Source of the DNA: Sinorhizobium meliloti
GTDB lineage: Bacteria > Pseudomonadota > Alphaproteobacteria > Rhizobiales > Rhizobiaceae
Direction: 5' to 3'
Assembly (NCBI RefSeq): GCF_017876815.1
Contig: NZ_JAGIOS010000002.1
Location: 1,020,001-1,052,000, forward strand
DNA: 32,000 nt
Part shown: in pieces, positions 8,228-15,647 of the stretch
Layout of the letters: each line of letters begins with the position of its first letter
How positions within the stretch are numbered: position 1 is the stretch's first letter
Translations under genes and position numbers: made by a program
Notes under the pieces: model-generated
The model's database searches: none
What the model saw: the letters and a program-made list of their open reading frames with translations, nothing else
Told to the model about the DNA's origin: nothing

Positions 8228-9976
8228 CTAATCCCCGTCGATCCGGCGCCGAAGGAGCCTCGCATAGCGCGCGGCTGCGGCCTCCAGCCGGGGGACTTCC
8301 TCGGGGGCGGCCGCGGACTTTGCCGACATCCACAGTCCCAGCTGGAAAGCGAGATAGCAGATTTCCAAGAGCTCCATCAGCCCGGCATTTTGACCGCGCG
8401 ACCAGCCTTCGGAGACGGCCGCACGCAGCTCCGCCCGCTCCTCCCGCGTGAGGTCGAATTCTATGCTCGCTCCCGCAATGTCCCAGCCGATGTCCTGACA
8501 GCCGATGAGGTCATGGGCACTGCTGTGGTCGAGCGCGTCGGTCTTGAGAATGTGTCGCTCTCCTTCGACCAGCCATTCCCACCGGTGAAGCCGGTTGTCC
8601 GTATCGACCGGCAGGATCGTCGAATTGTATCGCTCCGCATCGCCGAACCTGGTCTTCAACCGCGACGCTGCCGCTCTGCCCAATGCCTCTTCGGTGTTGA
8701 TCATTGCCATCTCGCAAAGTTTGGCCATGGATGCCCCTTGCGCCGCTGGCGGCGGCAGGCTGCGCGCCCGGAAGGACAGATATCGGCCGAGATGCGCGAT
8801 GAAGGCCGGCCGGCGGAATTCCGGCGGCGCCATCAGCCTCGCGGAAACCCATTTCTGAACCAGAAAGCCATGGCACAATCCGGCGACCGGGGGCGTGAAG
8901 CCTGCATCGGCGAGGAGGCGGGCCTTGACGAGCTTTCGCTGCCCAGCGTCGCCGAGTCCCGCAAACTTGACGAGCCACGGACCGTCGGCGGTGTGCGCCA
9001 GGAATTTCCGGCGTTCGAACCTGCCGTCCACGGGAGGCCAGCGATCGCCGGGAAGCGTCTTGCGCCATAAGCCGGCTGAGACGTCTTCGAGCGGCTTCTC
9101 GAGCGGGCCGACGAGATGGGCGATCCAATCGGCGAGGTGGCGCGCAGAGTTGGACGGCCTGATCAGGAGATCGTCGACGTCGATGACATTGCGCGGCCTC
9201 GCCGCCCAGCGCTCGCGATGACGGCCGCAGGATTGCGGTCCAAGCCCGCCCTTGTGGCCGGGGAAGAAGTGAATGCGCCTGCCGCTGACGCCGTGATCCT
9301 CCAGCCAATCCGCGACGCATCCGAACGAGCTGCCGGAAAGGCCGGGTCCTTCGTCCACGATCGCGAAATTCGCCGCCCGGTCGCGCAGCAGCCGTTCCGC
9401 AAGTTGCGGCGCGACTGCAAGCCGCCGTTGGAACGGATCGCCGATCGGCCGCAGTGTGACCGGAGGCGCGGCACCGATGGAAGCCGCGACAATCGCCGAA
9501 AGCGTGGTCCCGATGCTGCGCAGGCCGATCACCACCGTGTCGGCAGGAAGCCCGGAGCCTGCCGCGGCCTCGAGATAGCTCTCCGGGTAAAGAGCATAGA
9601 AGGCGTAGCCTTCCGGCTCGCGAATGCTGAGGGAAAGCGGTGCCTGGCTGTTCGCCAGCGACCTTGCGACACGGGCCGGCACGACCACCGGGCCGGCGAA
9701 GCCCTGGCGCCAGGACCGGGCGACGAGTCCGGCAAGGTCGAGGAGGAGGCACTCGCCCGTCTGGCGCGATGCGGAGATTTCGTCGGCTCCCATCTGCGCC
9801 AATTCCAGGTCGGCAAGCCCCTGCACCAGTTCCCCGGCCCTGAGCAGGATGGCGACGAGCTCGGTGTGGCGCTCGATGCCCGCCGGCAGGTGTTGGGCCG
9901 CCTGCAGGCGCGAGGCGATCTCTGCGCATAGCATGTCGGCGCGCTCCAGGCGCTTTGCGTCACCGTATACGAGCAT
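8228..9976 (-). CDS. Hypothetical 582-aa multidomain protein: central PRTase-like segment plus C-terminal protein-kinase/APH-like segment
   Basis: This is a long ORF with an ATG start and GC3-rich coding character. VVIGLRSIGTTLSAIVAASIG ... FAIVDEGPGLSGSSFG resembles a phosphoribosyltransferase nucleotide loop. WLVKFAG ... LHRWEWLVEGERHILKTDALDH..HDLIGCQDIGWDIAG resembles the Lys strand and catalytic/activation loops of APH-type kinases, but without the canonical HxDxxxxN. The domain calls are tentative. Confidence 0.65.
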   Translation of the reverse strand: MLVYGDAKRLERADMLCAEIASRLQAAQHLPAGIERHTELVAILLRAGELVQGLADLELAQMGADEISASRQTGECLLLDLAGLVARSWRQGFAGPVVVPARVARSLANSQAPLSLSIREPEGYAFYALYPESYLEAAAGSGLPADTVVIGLRSIGTTLSAIVAASIGAAPPVTLRPIGDPFQRRLAVAPQLAERLLRDRAANFAIVDEGPGLSGSSFGCVADWLEDHGVSGRRIHFFPGHKGGLGPQSCGRHRERWAARPRNVIDVDDLLIRPSNSARHLADWIAHLVGPLEKPLEDVSAGLWRKTLPGDRWPPVDGRFERRKFLAHTADGPWLVKFAGLGDAGQRKLVKARLLADAGFTPPVAGLCHGFLVQKWVSARLMAPPEFRRPAFIAHLGRYLSFRARSLPPPAAQGASMAKLCEMAMINTEEALGRAAASRLKTRFGDAERYNSTILPVDTDNRLHRWEWLVEGERHILKTDALDHSSAHDLIGCQDIGWDIAGASIEFDLTREERAELRAAVSEGWSRGQNAGLMELLEICYLAFQLGLWMSAKSAAAPEEVPRLEAAAARYARLLRRRIDGD

Positions 9977-10063
9977 GAAGTTTCGCTCACTTTCCTGTCC
10001 GCCCCTTCAACGCGCTGCGGCTGAATTCGATCCGCGATGCGCGAGAAACGGGAGAAAGAAGAA

Positions 10064-10088
10064 GGAACCAATCGGTTGCGCGCGGGTT
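10064..10088 (+). promoter_or_regulatory. EcfG/RpoE2-type ECF sigma promoter candidate for the ino1 operon
   Basis: GGAAC-CAATCGGTTGCGCGCGG-GTT, ending 39 nt before ATG 10128. It is preceded by AAAGAAGAA, so the 14-mer AAAGAAGAAGGAAC at 10055-10068 is identical to the one at 5931-5918 on the minus strand. Confidence 0.45.
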
Positions 10089-10127
10089 TGGCAAGCATTG
10101 TAGATACTGTGCAGGAGTAGTGGTGAG

Positions 10128-11231
10128 ATGCGATCGAACTCCATTCGGGTCGGGCTGGTCGGTGTCGGCAATTGCGCGTCCTCCCTCGTCCAAGGGCTGA
10201 CATTCTATCGCGACGCGAAGGAGGACGAGCCGGTTCCGGGGCTGATGCATACCAATCTCGGCGGATATCACGTCGGCGATATCGAGGTCTCCGCGGCCTT
10301 CGACGTCGCCGCTTCGAAGGTCGGGCGCGATGTCGCCGAAGCCATCTACGCCGCTCCCAATAACACGTTCCGCTTTGCGGATGTTCCCGCCACCGGCGTA
10401 GTCGTCGAGCGCGGCAGGACGCTCGACGGCATCGGCCGCTATCTGCGCGAGGAGATCGAGGAGTCCGATGCGCCCGCCGCTGACGTTGCGGAGGTCCTGC
10501 GGCAGACCGGGACGGACGTGCTCGTCTCCTATCTTCCGGTCGGTTCCGAAGTCGCCACGCGCTGGTATGCGGAGCAGGCGCTTGCCGCCGGCTGCGGCTT
10601 CGTCAACTGCATTCCCGTTTTCATCGCCTCGGACAAGTCGTGGCAGCGCAAATTTGCCGAGCGCGGCCTGCCGCTCATCGGCGACGACATAAAGAGCCAG
10701 GTCGGCGCGACCATCGTGCACCGGTTGCTTGCCAATCTCTTTCGCGACCGGGGGGTGCGCATAGATCGGACCTATCAGCTCAATTTCGGCGGCAATACCG
10801 ACTTTCTCAACATGCTCGAGCGGGAACGGCTCGAATCGAAGAAGATTTCCAAGACCCAATCGGTCGTCAGCCAGATGGATATTCCGCTCGCGGCCGGCGA
10901 CATCCACGTCGGCCCGAGCGATCACGTCCCTTGGCTTGCCGACCGCAAGTTCGCCTATATTCGAGTCGAGGGCACGACATTCGGCAACGTTCCCCTCAAC
11001 GTCGAAGTGAAGCTCGAAGTCTGGGACTCGCCGAATTCCGCAGGAGTCGTCATCGATGCGGTTCGCTGCGCCAAACTCGCAATCGACCGCGGCATCGCCG
11101 GTCCGCTGATCGCCCCTTCGAGCTACTTCATGAAATCGCCGCCGCAGCAGTTCACCGATGCCGAAGCGCGTAGACGCCTGGAGGAATTCATCGCCGGCGA
11201 TACCGACGCACTTCTGGGGGCGGCCGAGTGA
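10128..11231 (+). CDS. ino1: myo-Inositol-1-phosphate synthase (bacterial/archaeal short type), 367 aa
   Basis: It has [43 protein letters not shown] and SKKISKTQS, the diagnostic MIPS blocks seen in actinobacterial and archaeal enzymes. AGGAG lies 10 nt upstream. Confidence 0.92.
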   Translation: MRSNSIRVGLVGVGNCASSLVQGLTFYRDAKEDEPVPGLMHTNLGGYHVGDIEVSAAFDVAASKVGRDVAEAIYAAPNNTFRFADVPATGVVVERGRTLDGIGRYLREEIEESDAPAADVAEVLRQTGTDVLVSYLPVGSEVATRWYAEQALAAGCGFVNCIPVFIASDKSWQRKFAERGLPLIGDDIKSQVGATIVHRLLANLFRDRGVRIDRTYQLNFGGNTDFLNMLERERLESKKISKTQSVVSQMDIPLAAGDIHVGPSDHVPWLADRKFAYIRVEGTTFGNVPLNVEVKLEVWDSPNSAGVVIDAVRCAKLAIDRGIAGPLIAPSSYFMKSPPQQFTDAEARRRLEEFIAGDTDALLGAAE

Positions 11232-11827
11232 CGACCACTTTCCTTCTGGTGCGCCATGCCGCCCATGACAGGGTCGGCTGCTTTCTTGCCGGGCGGACCG
11301 GCGACGTACCGCTCGGCATCGCGGGCCGCGAGCAGGCTCAGCGGCTCGCGGCCCGTCTGGCCGGCGAAGGCATAGGCTCGATCTATGCGAGCCCGCGCAA
11401 GCGCACGCAGGAAACGGCCGCGGCGATCGCCGCGGCGTCGGATGTCGCGGAGGTCGTGACCACGGAAGCGCTCGACGAGGTGGATTTCGGCGACTGGTCG
11501 GGCAAGACCTTCGACGTCCTCGATACCGACCCGCTCTGGCGGCGATGGAACGCTATGCGAAGCCTCGTGCGTGCCCCCGGCGGCGAGACGATGCTGGACG
11601 TGCAATGCCGGGCGGTGGGACTTGTCGCGGCGCTGGCGCAGCGGCACGGCCAGGAGAAGGTCGCTCTGGTCAGCCACGCGGACGTCATCAAAACCCTGGT
11701 CTGTCACATCCTCGGCCTTTCCTCCGACGCCTGGCCGCGCTTCGATATCGCGCCTGCCTCCGTCTCGGTGCTGGTGATGGGCGATTGGGGAGCGAAAATC
11801 CAGACGCTGAACGAAAACGTGTCGTAG
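11228..11827 (+). CDS. Histidine-phosphatase superfamily (PGAM-like) phosphatase, 199 aa
   Basis: It has LLVRHAAH (the RH motif), [11 protein letters not shown] and the second His in VSHADVIK. Its GTG start overlaps the ino1 stop (GTGA), so it is translationally coupled to ino1. Confidence 0.85.
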   Translation: MTTTFLLVRHAAHDRVGCFLAGRTGDVPLGIAGREQAQRLAARLAGEGIGSIYASPRKRTQETAAAIAAASDVAEVVTTEALDEVDFGDWSGKTFDVLDTDPLWRRWNAMRSLVRAPGGETMLDVQCRAVGLVAALAQRHGQEKVALVSHADVIKTLVCHILGLSSDAWPRFDIAPASVSVLVMGDWGAKIQTLNENVS

Positions 11828-11898
11828 CCGGCCGGCCCGTCCGCCGGTGCCGCAAGCGCGGGAAGCCGGCCGGCGTTTCCGGCAATTCGGAGGTACTC

Positions 11899-12861
11899 AT
11901 GATCGAAGCCGCCATGATCTGGAACGAGCCGAACAACAAGTCGCATTGGGATCCGGAGATCGATCCGGACTGGAGCCGCTTTGCCCATATGGCAAAGCTG
12001 GCCGCGGCTGCGATCCGGGAGGTCAATCCCGGGCTCACGCGCGTGCTCGGCGGAATTTCGCCGATTGATCCGAACTTCCTCGCTCTTATGAAATCGCAAG
12101 GCGTGCTCGACCACGTCGACGCCGTTGCGGCCCATGGTTTCCCACTCGACTGGAACCTCTGGCAGATCCATGAATGGCCGCAGAAGCTTGATGAACTGAA
12201 GAGCGTCACCGAACTGCCGGTCTGGGTAAGCGAGGTCGGCGTCTCCACCTTCGGCGCCGAGGAGGTGCAGCTTTGGGGACTGAAGCGAACCGCCGAACTC
12301 CTGAAGGGCCGGGCGGATCGGATCCAATGGTACAGCCTCTACGACCTGCCGCGGGCCTGGCCCGCGACGACGCGACACCGGGAGGCCGAGGGCTCGTCCT
12401 ATTACCGGCATTTCTACATGGGTCTTCTGCGCGAGGACGGCTCGCCGAAACTGGCGTTCGAGGAGTTTGCCCGCCACACGCCGGAGATCGGGCTCGTACA
12501 ATGGTTCCATTTCGAGGACCCGCGCCTCGATGATGCCGTCGCCTGGATGAAGCGCCTAGGCGTCACATATCTGCGCACCGGTCTCTCCTGGGCCGACCGC
12601 TTCCGGCCGAACGCGCTCGACTGGTTCGACCGCCAGATGGAGGCACTCGAAGATTTCGACGTCACCGTCACCTTCTGCTTCACGCCCGAGCACCGGGGGC
12701 TTGCCCCGCACCACACGAGCGCGCCCCTCGTTCCGGAGGAATTCGCCGAATTCTGTGCCGAAATGACGGCGCGTTATGCGCCCGCCCCGTCGTCCTTCGA
12801 GCCCTTGCGCCCGGGCCTCGCGATGGCGTCGACGAGCCTGCCGATCGAGCCGCGTGAATAG
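11899..12861 (+). CDS. Clan GH-A (GH39/GH5-like) TIM-barrel glycosidase-like protein, apparently circularly permuted, 320 aa
   Basis: ATG 11899 has GGAGG 5 nt upstream. The protein starts directly at the strand-4 acid/base motif (MIEAAMIWNEPNN) and has a nucleophile-type motif (LPVWVSEVG). Its C-terminus looks like strands 1-3 of the barrel (GVTYLRTGLSWADRF...DWFDRQMEAL...VTVTFCFTPEH...FAEFCAEMTARY). The 438-aa track ORF is an out-of-context extension. Confidence 0.65.
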   Translation: MIEAAMIWNEPNNKSHWDPEIDPDWSRFAHMAKLAAAAIREVNPGLTRVLGGISPIDPNFLALMKSQGVLDHVDAVAAHGFPLDWNLWQIHEWPQKLDELKSVTELPVWVSEVGVSTFGAEEVQLWGLKRTAELLKGRADRIQWYSLYDLPRAWPATTRHREAEGSSYYRHFYMGLLREDGSPKLAFEEFARHTPEIGLVQWFHFEDPRLDDAVAWMKRLGVTYLRTGLSWADRFRPNALDWFDRQMEALEDFDVTVTFCFTPEHRGLAPHHTSAPLVPEEFAEFCAEMTARYAPAPSSFEPLRPGLAMASTSLPIEPRE

Positions 12862-14198
12862 GTCACGCCCTGGTAGAGAGCGAGCATCGCCGAAGCCCAG
12901 CGGAGATAGGCGGCCGGCATGTTCAGGGCTCTGGCAAGCCAGAAGACACGGTGGCTGTTCGCGCTGATCGCGCTACGCAGCCAGTAAACCAGCATCCGCC
13001 GTGCGGGCAAGCCGCTCCACTTCGGCGCAACGCGTTTCCTCGGCTTGATGCCGGAACGCGGCCAGGCCAGCCGGAAGGCCAGCCCCTCTCGCCTTTGCCT
13101 GAAACCGGCAGCCTGTGTCTCCACGACGAAGGCACTGTCGACCGCACTCAGTTCGAGCCTTCCCTCCTCGATCGCATCGGCCACGAGCGCCTGCAGCAAG
13201 GGTGAGCGAACGACAACCACATTCGTTCCCCGGCCGTCGGACGAATAGGGCTCGACCCAGGCGTCGCCGAAGGAAATGTCGGCGGTTTCGGCCACGACGT
13301 CGTCGCAGAAATTGCAGGCGGAATTCTGGAAGAACCCGGCTCCCCAGTCGCCGTCGACCAGATGCCACCAATCCTTGCTTCTCGTGCTTCCGTCCTTGAG
13401 CCGCAGATGGGCCGTGTACCAGTTCGCCGGTCTTGCCGTATCCTTCAGGCGGTAATCGACGCCCGCCACGGCGTTCATTTCCGTGTCCATCTGCCACGCG
13501 AAACTTTCCACGAAGCGGGTGCTCTTCATGTGTCCGCAGAAGAGGCCGAGGGTGAAGGCAAGGCGCTCCTCAAGCACCGGGTCGTTGAGGCAGAGGAGAT
13601 GGATCGCTTTGATGAAGCAGGGAATCCCGACGACTGCGTAGCGGCCGGGTTGCCGCTTCATTTCGGCGATGACACGAGAGAGCTCCACCGGATAATAGCG
13701 CGACTTGGCGCCCTTGCGCAGGTCATCCGCGGTCCGCGAGACCTGATACTGGAAAAGACGTTCGCCGGCGCCTGAACAGGGAACTACATGCGCCACCGCG
13801 TCGACGAGGTTCCTCTTCAGAAGCTCCGCGGCCGTCCAACTGGCCATGCCGCCGGAACTGCCGTCCGCTCGAAAGCTGCCTTCGCTGACATGGCCGACAT
13901 AGGCTGCCTCGAAGCGGCCGATCCGCGGATCGTAAAATTGCGCCGATCCGAAGCGCGCCTCGGCGATCTGGTCTTCGCTTCGGGCGTGGGGCGAAAAGGG
14001 GCACAGCTCGGCGAACCCGTCGGGGCGATGTGCAGCGGCCGGTTTTAGCTGGCCGTAGCGATCGAGACTCATCGCAGCGCTGCCGCCCGATTGCGCCATG
14101 CACGTGCCGCAACCGATGCAAAGCCCGGATTTCGCCATCTGCCCCGGCGAGAGCAAGGCGCTGGCCGAGGCGGGTGCGGGGCGCTCAGGCGAGAACAT
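12774..14198 (-). CDS. Coenzyme F420 hydrogenase/dehydrogenase beta-subunit (FrhB/FdhB)-like Fe-S flavoprotein, 474 aa
   Basis: The N-terminus has a ferredoxin-type motif, CIGCGTC...ELCP. The FrhB-like core is YAVVGIPCFIKAI, LFCGHMKS and DISFGDAW. ATG 14198 overlaps the upstream gene by 14 nt; an alternative start exists at 14138 (MAKSGLCIGCGTC). Confidence 0.8.
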   Translation of the reverse strand: MFSPERPAPASASALLSPGQMAKSGLCIGCGTCMAQSGGSAAMSLDRYGQLKPAAAHRPDGFAELCPFSPHARSEDQIAEARFGSAQFYDPRIGRFEAAYVGHVSEGSFRADGSSGGMASWTAAELLKRNLVDAVAHVVPCSGAGERLFQYQVSRTADDLRKGAKSRYYPVELSRVIAEMKRQPGRYAVVGIPCFIKAIHLLCLNDPVLEERLAFTLGLFCGHMKSTRFVESFAWQMDTEMNAVAGVDYRLKDTARPANWYTAHLRLKDGSTRSKDWWHLVDGDWGAGFFQNSACNFCDDVVAETADISFGDAWVEPYSSDGRGTNVVVVRSPLLQALVADAIEEGRLELSAVDSAFVVETQAAGFRQRREGLAFRLAWPRSGIKPRKRVAPKWSGLPARRMLVYWLRSAISANSHRVFWLARALNMPAAYLRWASAMLALYQGVTYSRGSIGRLVDAIARPGRKGSKDDGAGA

Positions 14199-15249
14199 CT
14201 GTCAGATAGGTCCGTGATTGCCGGCGGAGCTCGGCGAGCCTTCGCGCGATGGCCGGGCTCGGGGCTTCTGCGAGAAGTGTCTCGTAGCCGGCTTGCGGCG
14301 TCGCCTGCGACACCACGTGCCGTTCCGCACCGGCGGTGTGTGCGAGATCGGCGATCTTGTTGGAACGATAGTCTGAAAGGACCGTGACGAATGGCTTGGC
14401 GTTGAGGAGAGAGAAAATGCAGCCGTGGAAGAAATTCGTCGCGACGGCCTCGGCACCCGCGATACAGGCGGCGAACTCGTAGGGACCGGCATCGAGCCAC
14501 TGCTCGTCCGCCCATTCGTTGCGATAGCCTATGCTGACGAGAGGCAGCGAGCGCGTCGTCGCCCAATGGCGAACCGCGTGCTGAAACCAGGACGGGAACG
14601 AATGTCCGTAGACCGCTATATAGGGGCGCGAAACCAGAGTATTCGGACCGAAGGAAATCGTCTCGGGGAACTGCAGGCAAGGGTCGAGGACGAGCGTCGC
14701 CTCGCGTCCGACATCCTTTTCGATGATCGCCCTCGAATTGTCGTCGCGGACGGAAATTCCATCGAATTTCCGCAGCCTTTCAGCCCAATATGGTTCGAGG
14801 CCATTGGCCGCGGGGTGGTTTCCGAACGTCGCCGCGTAGGAAACGGTTCTCTTGGCCGAGAGGCCCTCTCCGTAGAAAAGCGAGCAACCGCCGTACCAGG
14901 GATGCCGCAAGTTCCAAACCTCGTCGCTGCCCACGACGACGATATCGCATTCTTCGGCACCATCAGGGTCGTCCAGCGCGAAGGGGGCACTCATCGGCAC
15001 CGACGCCAGAGCGCTCTGAAATTTTCTGATCTTGGAAGCGTAGAGCGGAATGTCCCCGCGCGGGGTTCTCTCCGGCAGGAGCGGCTGCATAGCGCAGCGC
15101 CACTCGGCCCGGGTGACACGGGCGGAATGATGATCGAGGACAATGGGGTCGGTGCCGAGCGAACGAAGTCCGTGGACAAGAGATCGCGCCTGCCAGAACG
15201 ATCCATAATTGATGCAGCGGTGGAAGGTCAAAACGCCGAGCTTCGCCAA
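14185..15249 (-). CDS. Polysaccharide pyruvyl transferase family protein (WcaK/CsaB-like), 354 aa
   Basis: It has KLGVLTFHRCINYGSFWQ and VVVGSDEVWN, typical of PS_pyruv_trans proteins. The start is TTG at 15249, with AGGAG 10 nt upstream. Confidence 0.82.
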   Translation of the reverse strand: MAKLGVLTFHRCINYGSFWQARSLVHGLRSLGTDPIVLDHHSARVTRAEWRCAMQPLLPERTPRGDIPLYASKIRKFQSALASVPMSAPFALDDPDGAEECDIVVVGSDEVWNLRHPWYGGCSLFYGEGLSAKRTVSYAATFGNHPAANGLEPYWAERLRKFDGISVRDDNSRAIIEKDVGREATLVLDPCLQFPETISFGPNTLVSRPYIAVYGHSFPSWFQHAVRHWATTRSLPLVSIGYRNEWADEQWLDAGPYEFAACIAGAEAVATNFFHGCIFSLLNAKPFVTVLSDYRSNKIADLAHTAGAERHVVSQATPQAGYETLLAEAPSPAIARRLAELRRQSRTYLTDVLA

Positions 15250-15298
15250 CGGCCCCTATCTCCTGATCATGGAAGCAGATCGCCGGGTCCAACCGGAT

Positions 15299-15574
15299 TC
15301 AATCGAAGATGGTTCCTTTCGCGCCCTCATATTCGCGCGCAAGCTCCTCGATCGCCGCCGATGCCTCCTCGAACGTCCAACCGGCCGCCTCGGCCCGACG
15401 GGCGAGCGCCAGCAGATCGTCGGTCAGCTCCCCGCCCATGGCCGCCACGATGCTTTCCTGGGATGTCGCCGCCAGCTCCGAAACGGCCGGTCGCAGAGCG
15501 GCGATGCAGTCCATCTGGCGACCCGGATAGTCGGAAGCGCGTTGAGGACGGGAAATGGCTTGTGACTCCTCCAT
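15299..15574 (-). CDS. Small acidic hypothetical protein, 91 aa
   Basis: ATG 15574 has AAGGAG 6 nt upstream. The composition is coding-like with an acidic helical C-terminus (GWTFEEASAAIEELAREYEGAKG). I recognise no family. Confidence 0.5.
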   Translation of the reverse strand: MEESQAISRPQRASDYPGRQMDCIAALRPAVSELAATSQESIVAAMGGELTDDLLALARRAEAAGWTFEEASAAIEELAREYEGAKGTIFD

Positions 15575-15602
15575 CTCGGTCTCCTTTTGCTGTCAGTCGT
15601 CA

Positions 15603-15627
15603 AATGACGGGCCCGGCCGATTGTTCC
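15603..15627 (-). promoter_or_regulatory. ECF-type promoter candidate (weaker -10) for the small ORF / pyruvyl transferase / FrhB-like operon
   Basis: The minus strand reads GGAAC-AATCGGCCGGGCCCGTC-ATT and ends 28 nt before ATG 15574. AGGAACAATCGG resembles AGGAACCAATCGG in the ino1 promoter. Confidence 0.33.
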
Positions 15628-15647
15628 TGCGGCAAATCGGTGTGGTT

